A stretch of DNA of 64,000 bases. Source: an uncultured bacterium (GTDB lineage Bacteria > Fidelibacterota > Marinisomatia > Marinisomatales > UBA1611). The notes under the pieces were generated by a model, which did not search any database, was not told the DNA's origin, and was given only the letters and a program-made list of their open reading frames with translations. The translations under genes were made by a program, and so were the position numbers. Below are positions 48,472 through 58,153 of this stretch, piece by piece. The stretch covers positions 1-64,000 of the forward strand of contig CALSPG010000003.1 of assembly GCA_943788175.1 (NCBI GenBank). Reading direction: 5' to 3'. Every line of letters begins with the position of its first letter. Position 1 is the first letter of the stretch.

Positions 48472-48811
48472 AGTGCAGGATGCAACTAAAGAATATTTAA
48501 AAGACGATATCCCAGAATTTGATACAGGAGACACCCTTATTGTAAGTGTTTTGGTTCGTGAAGGCAATAAAGAACGAGTTCAGAATTTTGAAGGTGTTGT
48601 TATAGGAAGAAGAGCAGGAAAAAGTTTAGATGCAACATTCACCGTAAGAAAAATCTCTAATGGAATTGGTGTTGAAAGAATCTTCCCATTACACTCTCCA
48701 ATGATTTCTAATATTGATGTCAAAAGGAAAGGTAAAGTTAGGAGAGCGAAACTTAATTACCTCAGAGACATTTCTGGAAGCAAAGGAACGAGAATTAAAG
48801 AGAAACGATAA
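48464..48811 (+). CDS. rplS: 50S ribosomal protein L19
   Basis: [48 protein letters not shown]. Confidence 0.98.
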   Translation: MNKVQDATKEYLKDDIPEFDTGDTLIVSVLVREGNKERVQNFEGVVIGRRAGKSLDATFTVRKISNGIGVERIFPLHSPMISNIDVKRKGKVRRAKLNYLRDISGSKGTRIKEKR

Positions 48812-48862
48812 AAAATAATTAATTATTCAATAATATTTAGAACTTAACCAAAGTTCGTTTTT

Positions 48863-48901
48863 AGAACCCCTAGCAAAACAACAATTAACCTAGGGGTTTT
48901 T
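48863..48901 (+). terminator. terminator-like hairpin between rplS and selA
   Basis: AACCCCTAG (48865-48873), 16-nt loop, CTAGGGGTT (48890-48898), then TTT; a smaller hairpin GAACTT/AAGTTC lies at 48840-48856. Confidence 0.55.
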
Positions 48902-48908
48902 AGTATAT

Positions 48909-50279
48909 ATGACAAAAAACACTAAATTCAAGTCTATGCCGTCAGTTACATCGATTATAAATTCGATTAATAACGATTTAGGTGTTCATGAGAACTTTTT
49001 AAAAGATTTGATTAATCAAGAATTAGATGAATTGAGATCAAAAATAATTAATGAGAATTATGATTTTGAAAAAGATGTAGTTATCAAAAAAATCGTTACT
49101 GCAGTGACGGAAAAAGCTAGATCATCTTTTGTTAATATTATTAATGGCACTGGTATTGTGCTGCACACGGGGTTTGGGAGAGCTCCATTCGCAGGTTCAC
49201 ATTTAAAAAATATTGCAGATAAAATTAATGGCTATTCAAATCTCGAGTTTAATCTAGAAAAAAATATGAGGGGAGACCGTCAATCACACATTGACAAGCA
49301 CATTGCCTCTATTTGTGGAACTGAAAATTCAGTCGTCGTCAATAATAATGCTGCGGCTCTTTTATTAATTATTAATTCTTTATCAGAAAATGCTGAAGTT
49401 ATCTGTTCAAGAGGCCAAATTGTTGAAATTGGTGGTTCATTTAGAATATCTGAAATTATTAAAAAAGGAGGTGGCATTTTAAAGGAGGTTGGATCTACCA
49501 ACCGCACACATCTTGAAGATTATGAAAAAGAAATTTCTAAGAATACTAAACTATTGTTATGGGTTCATACAAGTAATTATATCATGAAAGGTTACACTAA
49601 AGAAGTGCCTTTAGAAGATATAGTTTCTATAGGTAAAAAATATAAAATTCCTGTAGTGGCAGATTTAGGTAGTGGCTCTTTTATAGATATGAGTAAGTTT
49701 GGTATTCCTTCTGAAATCCCAGTTTCTGAAATAGTAAAAAAAGGTCCTGATATCACACTTTTTTCAGGGGACAAAATGCTTGGAGGGCCGCAATCAGGAA
49801 TAATACTGTCTACAAAAATTTTAATAAACATTATCAAGTCAAACTCAATCTATCGCACGGTAAGATGTGATAAAATTACAATTGCCATTTTAGATGATAT
49901 TCTTCGTAGTTATAAAAAAAATGGATTTTTAAAATCTAATCTCGCTTTAATGTTATTGACGAAAAATAGAAAAACCTTAAAAAAAATGGCTGAAAAAATA
50001 ATAAATAGTGTTCAGGAGTATAAACTTCGGACTCTTGGTCTGACCATTGAGAATTCTATGGTTGAGGCTGGAAGCGGTTCTTTACCTGAAAAAAACCTTA
50101 AAAGTGTTACTCTGAAATTTTCGCCTAAGGACATGTCCATTGATGTTCTATCAAAATCATTTAAACAATACAAGGTTCCAATTATAGGTTATATCAATAG
50201 AAATTCATTTTTCATAGACCTTAAAGCTGTTTTACCTTCTCAAAGTTTTCATATAATTGATGCTATAAATAAAGTTTAA
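48909..50279 (+). CDS. selA: L-seryl-tRNA(Sec) selenium transferase
   Basis: INGTGIVLHTGFGRA, YSNLEFNL, VVNNNAAA, SRGQIVEIGGSFR, VHTSNY, DLGSG, FSGDKMLGGPQSG. Confidence 0.96.
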   Translation: MTKNTKFKSMPSVTSIINSINNDLGVHENFLKDLINQELDELRSKIINENYDFEKDVVIKKIVTAVTEKARSSFVNIINGTGIVLHTGFGRAPFAGSHLKNIADKINGYSNLEFNLEKNMRGDRQSHIDKHIASICGTENSVVVNNNAAALLLIINSLSENAEVICSRGQIVEIGGSFRISEIIKKGGGILKEVGSTNRTHLEDYEKEISKNTKLLLWVHTSNYIMKGYTKEVPLEDIVSIGKKYKIPVVADLGSGSFIDMSKFGIPSEIPVSEIVKKGPDITLFSGDKMLGGPQSGIILSTKILINIIKSNSIYRTVRCDKITIAILDDILRSYKKNGFLKSNLALMLLTKNRKTLKKMAEKIINSVQEYKLRTLGLTIENSMVEAGSGSLPEKNLKSVTLKFSPKDMSIDVLSKSFKQYKVPIIGYINRNSFFIDLKAVLPSQSFHIIDAINKV

Positions 50280-50281
50280 TT

Positions 50282-52141
50282 ATGCAGCAAATTGTTATTG
50301 GAACTGCTGGGCATATTGATCATGGTAAAACATCTTTGGTAGAAGCTCTTACTGGAACCAATACAGATACTCTTTTACAAGAAAAAAGTAGAGGAATTAC
50401 AATAGACCTTGGGTTTGCTTATTTAAATGAGCAAATCACCATTGTCGATGTCCCAGGTCATCAAAGGTTTATTAGAAATATGGTGGCGGGATCGTCAACT
50501 ATTCATATTGGTTTATTAGTAATAGCTGCTGATGATGGTGTAATGCCACAAACTTTAGAGCATCTCCATATTTTGAATAGTTTGTCTATTCTAATCGGAA
50601 TTACTGTAATAACAAAAATTGATGGGGTTGATAACGAATGGATAGACCTAGTTATATCTGATATTAAAAAGATTCAAAAAGATACTATTTTTCAAAATAG
50701 TCGTATTTTTAAAGTAGATAGTTTATCTCAGAAAGGAATAGGTGAATTAAAGAATTCTATCATTTCTATATCTCAGTCATTAAATGTTCTTGATAACTCA
50801 AAATTTTTTAAAATGTATGTTGATAGAGTGTTTAATAAAAAAGGATATGGTTCTATTGTAACAGGAACTATTAAGAGTGGTAATATATCAAAAGGTGATA
50901 GTATAGAAATATTACCAGAGAAAATAACAGCAACAGTTAGGGGTGTTCAAACTCATGGTGGTGAAGTTACCAATGTCAAATTTGGTGACAGGGCAGCTTT
51001 AAATCTATCAAAAGTTGATATAAATGTATTAAAAAGAGGCTCAATTTTATCTGCCATTGATAAGATAATAGTAACGAATTATTTAATAGTGAACTTAACT
51101 ATGTCCAGACATACGCTTTGGACAATTCAAAACAATCAGCGAGTAAGAATTCATTTAGGCACTGCTGAAATTTTAGCTAGAATTAATCTTCATATAAAAA
51201 AAATTGAACCTGGCAAAACTTGCAATGCAATTTTAAGATTAGAGAAAAAATGTGGAGTAACACTCGATGAGTTATTCGTGGTTCGTTCATACTCCCCAAT
51301 GGAAACAATTGCTAGTGGTGTTGTACTTGATACAAATGAAAGAATAAAAAAAGATAATCTTGGAGAAATACCAGTTGATAAAGTAGCAAGGTTTAAATAC
51401 ATGATATCTCGTAGATTAAAAAAGCCGCTAACAGTTAAGCAGTGGAGTGAAAAATATTTTCTATCTGAAGTTGAAATACTTAAAAAAATAAAACTAATAA
51501 AAGCAAAAATAACAAAGAGTGATTTAGTTTACTTTTTTGATGATTTAAACTCAGTGAAACAATCGGTGGTTAAATATGTTAAAAAAAAAACTAATCATGA
51601 TTTATTTCATAGTTATGTTGAAATGAATAATTTAAAACTCAATTTGAATTTATCTTCTGATTGGGCTAAATATGTTGTCAATGATTTAGTAAATGAAGAT
51701 TTATTAACTTTTAAAAACGGTAAAATAAAAATTAAAAATCAAGATTTAAAAATTGATAAAAAAATAGCAATTGACATTGATAATATAAAAAACTTGATAA
51801 ATAATAGCCCGCTGAAAATTATATCCATTAATGAATTAGTAAAGAAATCAAAATTAAATCCAAAATACGTTAAAGATTTGGTGTTTATGTTAAATGATAG
51901 AAAAAAAGTAGTTATTATTAATATGGATATTGTGACTAGTGCTGATGCTTTTGGTGCCATAATATCAAAATTGCAAATTTATTTTAGTGGTCAAGAATTA
52001 TTATCTGTTTCGAGTTTTAAAGAAATATCTATGCTTTCACGAAAAAATGCGATTCCAATGCTAGAGTACTTTGATATAAATGGTTACACTATCAGAAATG
52101 GAGCAAATAGGAAAAAAGGGCCTTATTTTTTTGAGCAATAA
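50282..52141 (+). CDS. selB: selenocysteine-specific elongation factor
   Basis: GTAGHIDHGKT, RGITIDLGFA, DVPGH, IAADDGVMPQT; C-terminal winged-helix SRKNAIPMLEYFD. Confidence 0.96.
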   Translation: MQQIVIGTAGHIDHGKTSLVEALTGTNTDTLLQEKSRGITIDLGFAYLNEQITIVDVPGHQRFIRNMVAGSSTIHIGLLVIAADDGVMPQTLEHLHILNSLSILIGITVITKIDGVDNEWIDLVISDIKKIQKDTIFQNSRIFKVDSLSQKGIGELKNSIISISQSLNVLDNSKFFKMYVDRVFNKKGYGSIVTGTIKSGNISKGDSIEILPEKITATVRGVQTHGGEVTNVKFGDRAALNLSKVDINVLKRGSILSAIDKIIVTNYLIVNLTMSRHTLWTIQNNQRVRIHLGTAEILARINLHIKKIEPGKTCNAILRLEKKCGVTLDELFVVRSYSPMETIASGVVLDTNERIKKDNLGEIPVDKVARFKYMISRRLKKPLTVKQWSEKYFLSEVEILKKIKLIKAKITKSDLVYFFDDLNSVKQSVVKYVKKKTNHDLFHSYVEMNNLKLNLNLSSDWAKYVVNDLVNEDLLTFKNGKIKIKNQDLKIDKKIAIDIDNIKNLINNSPLKIISINELVKKSKLNPKYVKDLVFMLNDRKKVVIINMDIVTSADAFGAIISKLQIYFSGQELLSVSSFKEISMLSRKNAIPMLEYFDINGYTIRNGANRKKGPYFFEQ

Positions 52142-54719
52142 TTCTAAAACTCCTTTGATGAAACAATATGATAAGATAAAATCAAATTATACTGATTCAA
52201 TTCTTCTTTTTAGAATGGGTGATTTTTATGAAACTTTTTCATCTGATGCTATTATAGTTTCTGAATTGCTTGGAATTGTTTTGACCAAGAGATCGAATGG
52301 CAAAGCAGCGGATGTTGATTTAGCGGGCTTCCCTTATCATGCTCTCGATAACTATTTACCTAAATTAGTCAAGGGTGGATATAAAGTTGCTATTTGTGAA
52401 CAGATTGAAGATCCGAGTCAAGTTAAAGGTATTGTTAAAAGAAAGGTTATTGAAGTTGTTACACCTGGTACCATAACCTCAGAACAGGTTTTAAATCAAA
52501 AGAGAAATAATTTCATTGCGTGTATTATAAAACAAAAAAAAAGAGCGGGCTTATCTGTTATTGATACGTCCACTGGAGAGTTTTATACAGGAGAATGTCA
52601 CTTAAGTGAATTATCTGATTTGTTGTCAAAGTACAACCCTAGTGAAGTTGTAATATCTAAGTCAGATGTATTTAATACTGAAGAATGGTATTTAAGGCTT
52701 CATCCGCATGTTACTAGTATCGAAGATTGGACTTTTAATTATGATAATTCTTACCGTGATTTAATTGACCACTTCAAAGTAAAATCTCTAAAAGGTTTCG
52801 GATGCGAAAATTTCCCAATTGGCATTATTTCAGCTGGTGGTTTATTTACATACTTAAAAAATAATTTATCAATGAGCGTTAGCCATCTAAAAAAGATTAG
52901 TCCCATACAAAATATTGGTATTATGGGATTAGATGGATTTACCATTAAAAATTTAGAAATATTTAATTCTTTATCATCCCAAAACGTTAAAGGAACGCTA
53001 ATTAATAGTATCGATTACACTCTTACAGCAGGCGGATCTAGGATGCTAGTACAGTGGCTGCAAAGGCCTCTTGCTGTTAAAAAGAATATTGAAAATAGGT
53101 TAGAAATTGTAGAAACATTTTTTTGTGAAAATTTTTTATTAAAAGAATTGCGAATAAATCTTAAAAAAACTATAGATGTAGAAAGAATAATTTCGAAAAT
53201 ATGCAGGCGCAGCGGCACACCTCGTGAATTGGCAGGATTGTCCAACACCTTGGATATCTATGATAAATCATTCGAACGTTTTCGGGAATTTAAAAGCCTG
53301 AATAATTATACGATTAACTACAAAAGATTGACAAAGCTCAAGATAGAAATAAATAAAACCTTGAATGAAGATTGTCCCGCAAACATTAAAAAAGGAAATG
53401 TTATAAGGTCAGGAGTAGATAATCAATTAGACGAATATAGAAACATATTAAATAATGGTAAAAGTTGGATAGAAAAATTTCAACATGATGAAAGACTGCG
53501 TCTAGATATCTCCAGTTTAAAAGTCAGTTTTAATAAAGTCTTTGGTTACTATATTGAAATTACTAAGACACATCAAAACAAAGTTCCAGACGATTATATA
53601 AGGAAGCAAACATTAGTTAATTCAGAAAGATATATTACTGAAGATTTAAAAATCTATGAAGAAAAAGTATTGAACGCGGAAAGCTACATCTATGAATTAG
53701 AAAATGAAATCTTTCAAAAACTTGTTGATATTGTATCAACTGAAGTTTTAGAAATTCAAAATAATGCATCTCTTTTTAATGATATTGATGTCCTATCAAG
53801 TTTTGCATACTTAGCAATTTCGAAAAAATTTGTAAGGCCAAATATAAAAGAAAAATCAATTCTAAAAATTGTTAATGGCAGACATCCTGTAATTGAAGAC
53901 TTATTGCCTTCAACTCAAAAGTTCATATCGAATGATTTACTTATGGACATAAAGACTAGCCAAATCCATCTCATCACAGGGCCAAACATGGCAGGTAAAT
54001 CTACTTTTTTAAGGCAAGCGGGAATTATAGTCTTGCTAGCTCAAATTGGTAGTTTTGTACCAGCAAAATCTGCAGATATTGGAATCGTTGATAAACTATT
54101 TACGAGAGTGGGGGCTAGTGATAATCTTGCCGGAGGGGAGTCAACTTTTTTAGTAGAAATGAATGAGGCTGCTAATATATTAAATAACGCAACAGAGCGT
54201 AGTTTGATTTTATTTGATGAAGTAGGTAGAGGGACAGCTACGTTTGATGGATTATCAATCGCTTGGGCCATAGTTGAATATCTTCATGAGAATAATGAAA
54301 TTAATGCAAGAACATTATTCGCGACACATTATCATGAATTATCAGTTCTTGAAGATCAGCTAGAAAGGTTAAAGAATTATCACGTTGAGGTAAAAGAGTA
54401 CAATGATAAAATTATATTTCTCAGGAAAATCATTGAGGGGTCTGGAGATAAAAGTTATGGTATCCAGGTTGCAAAAATGGCAGGTCTGCCGTCATCTGTC
54501 ATCTCAAGAGCTAAAGAAATTTTAGTTCATAAATTTGAAAATAATAATCAGCTTATTGATAACCTGGTTAGCGATAATGTGGGTTTTTCAAAACATTTAG
54601 AACTAGATAGTGATGTACTCAAAATAAAAGATGAAATTGAAGCTTTGGACTTAAATCAAATTACTCCGATTCAGGCTTTGAGTATTTTAAATGATATTAA
54701 AAAAAAATATAATAAATAG
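52131..54719 (+). CDS. mutS: DNA mismatch repair protein MutS (likely start TTG 52131; ORF track starts 52080)
   Basis: TPLMKQY, FRMGDFYE, ITGPNMAGKSTFLRQ, GESTFLVEM, DEVGRGT, FATHYHEL, SYGIQVA. Confidence 0.97.
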   Translation: MSNNSKTPLMKQYDKIKSNYTDSILLFRMGDFYETFSSDAIIVSELLGIVLTKRSNGKAADVDLAGFPYHALDNYLPKLVKGGYKVAICEQIEDPSQVKGIVKRKVIEVVTPGTITSEQVLNQKRNNFIACIIKQKKRAGLSVIDTSTGEFYTGECHLSELSDLLSKYNPSEVVISKSDVFNTEEWYLRLHPHVTSIEDWTFNYDNSYRDLIDHFKVKSLKGFGCENFPIGIISAGGLFTYLKNNLSMSVSHLKKISPIQNIGIMGLDGFTIKNLEIFNSLSSQNVKGTLINSIDYTLTAGGSRMLVQWLQRPLAVKKNIENRLEIVETFFCENFLLKELRINLKKTIDVERIISKICRRSGTPRELAGLSNTLDIYDKSFERFREFKSLNNYTINYKRLTKLKIEINKTLNEDCPANIKKGNVIRSGVDNQLDEYRNILNNGKSWIEKFQHDERLRLDISSLKVSFNKVFGYYIEITKTHQNKVPDDYIRKQTLVNSERYITEDLKIYEEKVLNAESYIYELENEIFQKLVDIVSTEVLEIQNNASLFNDIDVLSSFAYLAISKKFVRPNIKEKSILKIVNGRHPVIEDLLPSTQKFISNDLLMDIKTSQIHLITGPNMAGKSTFLRQAGIIVLLAQIGSFVPAKSADIGIVDKLFTRVGASDNLAGGESTFLVEMNEAANILNNATERSLILFDEVGRGTATFDGLSIAWAIVEYLHENNEINARTLFATHYHELSVLEDQLERLKNYHVEVKEYNDKIIFLRKIIEGSGDKSYGIQVAKMAGLPSSVISRAKEILVHKFENNNQLIDNLVSDNVGFSKHLELDSDVLKIKDEIEALDLNQITPIQALSILNDIKKKYNK

Positions 54720-55758
54720 TTTTATACTAATAATTTTATTTTCTATGGCTCAGGGAGAAATTCGAGTTACTTCTTATGGGTGGGAAGTTTTTGATAGAAA
54801 TACTGATTCTAGAATTAGTGCATTAGCTCAATCAAGTATTGCATATCCAATTAAAACATCAGGCTCTGTCCTTCTTAATCCTTCTTTGTCTATTTCATAT
54901 AATGATAAGATAGGTTTAACTCATCAGTCAAAAATCGCAGGAACTGCGAATAGTGAATTCATAGGGTTTGATAAGTATTTAACTGATAGCTCTTGGATTA
55001 GTTTAGTTTTCCTATATGAAGGAATTAGTGGTATCCCAGATACTAGGGGGCAACTATTGGATTGGGGCATTGATGGAGTATTTGGCACCTTTGATCCTGG
55101 AGAGGGAAATGGTATCCTTGATGAAGGGGAACGCCTTAATATCGAAAATGTTAAATATTTCAGTCAAAATATTTTCGGATTATATGCATCTCATAGTCAG
55201 ATCTTGAAAAAATGGAGATTAGGCATTGGACTTAAGTTTCTAATACATGCTATTGATGATGAATATGGTCTGGGCACCGGGGTAAATGTCGGCTTTTTTA
55301 GGCTTTTTGAAAAAACCAGTTTAGGTATTGTCTTTAATAATTTTCCTTCATCTGGTTTAATCTGGAATGATGGTGATATAGAAATCTCTCCTTCTTTTAT
55401 ATCATTTGGTGTTCACCGTAAATTATTATTTAATAAATACGGATTAGAATTAAATCCTATGATGAAGATAGACATTGTGACATTAGATAAATCTATTGAT
55501 TCAAACCTATTATTTGATAAAATCCCAACTAATCTTTCTACAGGATTAGAAATAGTCTATAGAAATAATTTATTTTTTAGATTCGGATCGTATCAAAGAG
55601 GTACATTTTCATCTGGTATTGGTCTACATTGGAAAGATATAAGTATTGATTATGCTTTTTTAAATGGAGGGGGTACTAGCGGTATTGACGAAAATCATTT
55701 ACTTAGTATAGGTGTTTCAATGGAATGGGTAAAAAAACAATTTTTAAATAAAAACTAA
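54691..55758 (+). CDS. putative outer-membrane beta-barrel, PorV/PorQ-like
   Basis: Signal peptide; SRISALAQS...LLNPS resembles the PorV AR..(A/G)MG...NPA motif; GIGLKF, GLEIVY, FFRFG, SGIGL, IDYAF, HLLSIG strands. Confidence 0.6.
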   Translation: MILKKNIINSFILIILFSMAQGEIRVTSYGWEVFDRNTDSRISALAQSSIAYPIKTSGSVLLNPSLSISYNDKIGLTHQSKIAGTANSEFIGFDKYLTDSSWISLVFLYEGISGIPDTRGQLLDWGIDGVFGTFDPGEGNGILDEGERLNIENVKYFSQNIFGLYASHSQILKKWRLGIGLKFLIHAIDDEYGLGTGVNVGFFRLFEKTSLGIVFNNFPSSGLIWNDGDIEISPSFISFGVHRKLLFNKYGLELNPMMKIDIVTLDKSIDSNLLFDKIPTNLSTGLEIVYRNNLFFRFGSYQRGTFSSGIGLHWKDISIDYAFLNGGGTSGIDENHLLSIGVSMEWVKKQFLNKN

Positions 55759-55770
55759 GAAGATAAATAA

Positions 55771-56631
55771 ATGATAAAAAGCATGACTGGTTATGGTAGG
55801 GCATCTACAAAAATCCAAATTGGAAGCTGTAATATTGAGATAAGATCTTTGAATTCACGAAACCTTGATATAAAGTTTTCTGGTTTAAGTCTTTCTGCCG
55901 AATTAGAGCAAAAAATCAGAACTCTATTATCGGAACAAATTCAGAGAGGTAGCGTAAAAATTTTTATTGACTTTGATAATCATGATGCTGAAAAATTTAA
56001 ATCATTTGATGAAGGAAATTTCAATTCAATATTAGAAGTTATTGAACGAGTAGAAGAAAAATATGATCAAAAGTTAGATCTTAGTAGTATTGTCAATTTA
56101 AATGACCTTTTTAAACATAAAGAAATAGAAATTAATGATGATGAAAAAACTATATTGATGTTTTCTGAAGCTTTAAAAAACCTAGATAAAACTCGTTTGG
56201 AGGAAGGTAAGCATATCGAAAAAGATTTTCTTAAAAGATTAGGCCTTATCAAAAAAGAAATTAAAGATATGGAAGTACTCACATTTGAATTGACAAAAAC
56301 AAGAAAAAAGGAAATTTCTGAAAAAATAAGATTTTACACAGGACAGGATTCTATTGATGAAGGCAGATTAATGCAAGAAGTTGCTTATCTAATCGAAAGG
56401 TCAGATATTACAGAAGAAATCGTTCGAGTGAACATTCACATAAATGCATTTACAAATTATTTAAAATTAAATGAACCAGTGGGTAAAAGGTTGGGGTTCT
56501 TAGCTCAAGAGATAAATCGAGAAGTCAATACGATTGGTTCAAAAAGTCCAATTCCATTAATTACGAGTAAAATCGTAGAAGTGAAGAATGAATTAGAAAA
56601 AATTAAAGAGCAAATACAAAACATACTATAA
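55771..56631 (+). CDS. yicC: YicC/YloC family endoribonuclease
   Basis: MIKSMTGYG, EIRSLNSR, DITEEIVR, GKRLGFLAQEINREVNTIGSK. Confidence 0.94.
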   Translation: MIKSMTGYGRASTKIQIGSCNIEIRSLNSRNLDIKFSGLSLSAELEQKIRTLLSEQIQRGSVKIFIDFDNHDAEKFKSFDEGNFNSILEVIERVEEKYDQKLDLSSIVNLNDLFKHKEIEINDDEKTILMFSEALKNLDKTRLEEGKHIEKDFLKRLGLIKKEIKDMEVLTFELTKTRKKEISEKIRFYTGQDSIDEGRLMQEVAYLIERSDITEEIVRVNIHINAFTNYLKLNEPVGKRLGFLAQEINREVNTIGSKSPIPLITSKIVEVKNELEKIKEQIQNIL

Positions 56632-57194
56632 TGAAAAATTTAATTTGTGTCTCTGCACCATCTGGATCAGGTAAAACTACATTATGTAAAGTAGTAAGAA
56701 AGATAAGACCTGAGTTTATATGGTCTGTATCTTATACCACTAGAGCTCCTAGAGAAAATGAGATTGATGGGGAAGATTATAATTTTGTAAAACGACAAGA
56801 TTTTAAAATATTAATAGATAATGGTGATTTAGCTGAATGGGAGAATGTTCATGGTAACTATTATGGTACCGTGAAAAAAGAATTAGATAATGCGATTTTG
56901 AATGAAAAAATTGTATTGCTTGAATTAGATGTTAATGGGACAAGTTCTATTCAGAAATTATATCCAGACAATTCGCATTCCGTTTTCATTGTTCCACCAA
57001 GTATAGATAGCTTAAGAAAAAGATTGCAAATGAGGGGTAGTGAAACTGAAGCCACTATTAAAAAAAGGTTGGAACGATTTAAAAAAGAAATGGCTTATAA
57101 AGATCGGTTTGATTCTCTATTAATAAATGATAATATTGAAGTTGCAAAAAATGATTTTTTAATAAAATTAGATGAAGTAATAAAAGGAGTGTAA
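56631..57194 (+). CDS. gmk: guanylate kinase
   Basis: SAPSGSGKTT, SYTTRAPRENEIDGEDYNF, VHGNYYGT. Confidence 0.96.
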   Translation: MKNLICVSAPSGSGKTTLCKVVRKIRPEFIWSVSYTTRAPRENEIDGEDYNFVKRQDFKILIDNGDLAEWENVHGNYYGTVKKELDNAILNEKIVLLELDVNGTSSIQKLYPDNSHSVFIVPPSIDSLRKRLQMRGSETEATIKKRLERFKKEMAYKDRFDSLLINDNIEVAKNDFLIKLDEVIKGV

Positions 57195-57196
57195 TA

Positions 57197-57475
57197 ATGG
57201 GAATCAAAACTATTCCATTGAGAAATATTGAAGAAAAAACAGATAATATTTACGAAGCTGTTGTCGTAATGTCTGGTCAAGCTAAAATAGTCCTTGATGA
57301 ACGTATTGTTCAAAAATCAATAAAAGAGGCAGAAGAAGAAGATTACGGTGTGTTTGATGAGATTGAAGAGAAGTCTCCTGAAGATTACATTGAGTTAGAA
57401 AAAACTACTAGTATTGCTATAAAGCAATTTATGGATGGTGATGTAAAGTGGAGTAAAAAGGAGAAGATTTTATAG
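57197..57475 (+). CDS. rpoZ: RNA polymerase omega subunit (FCB type)
   Basis: TDNIYEAVVVMS..A, EKTTSIAI..F..G; directly after gmk. Confidence 0.8.
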   Translation: MGIKTIPLRNIEEKTDNIYEAVVVMSGQAKIVLDERIVQKSIKEAEEEDYGVFDEIEEKSPEDYIELEKTTSIAIKQFMDGDVKWSKKEKIL

Positions 57476-57482
57476 ACAATGT

Positions 57483-58142
57483 ATGAACATCGTCAATAAA
57501 AATAAGTTCATAAAACAGCACATTGAACTTTATGGAAATGAATTGTTTTTTGATTCACCTTCTACTTTTAGTATAAAAAGCGATTTATTAAATAATAGTG
57601 TTTTAAGTATTTTTGAATCTTCTGTTGAAGGTTGTATGAAATGCGAATTGGGTACCTCAAGAAAAAAAATTGTTTTTGGTAGCGGAGACAAAAATGCTGA
57701 TTTGTTAATTGTTGGTGAGGCTCCAAATGAATATGAAGACGAAAAAGGAAGACCATTTGTTGGCAAAGCTGGAAAACTTTTAGATAAAATACTAAAAGCA
57801 ATTGGTTTAAGTCGGACAAATAATGTTTACCTCACAAATGTTTTAAAGTGTAAGACACCAAGGAATAGAGATCCATTACTATCTGAAATAAACAACTGTC
57901 ATTCTTACTTATTGAAGCAAATCGAAATAATCCAACCAAAAATTATTGTTGCCCTTGGGAAAGTAGCTGGAAAGTCATTATTGAATAAAGACTTATCTTT
58001 AAAAGAATTTAGATCTCAGTTTTACGAGTTTAACTCCATCCCGTTAAAAGTGACTTACCATCCTCAAACGTTATTAAATGACCCTGCTTTTAAAAAAAAT
58101 GCTTGGGAAGATTTTCAGGTTGTGCGTGACTTTATTAATTAA
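57483..58142 (+). CDS. udg: uracil-DNA glycosylase family 4 (Fe-S)
   Basis: CxxC, VGEAP...ED..GRPFVGKAGKLLD, NVLKC, TYHP. Confidence 0.92.
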   Translation: MNIVNKNKFIKQHIELYGNELFFDSPSTFSIKSDLLNNSVLSIFESSVEGCMKCELGTSRKKIVFGSGDKNADLLIVGEAPNEYEDEKGRPFVGKAGKLLDKILKAIGLSRTNNVYLTNVLKCKTPRNRDPLLSEINNCHSYLLKQIEIIQPKIIVALGKVAGKSLLNKDLSLKEFRSQFYEFNSIPLKVTYHPQTLLNDPAFKKNAWEDFQVVRDFIN

Positions 58143-58153
58143 TTTTAAAAAAT

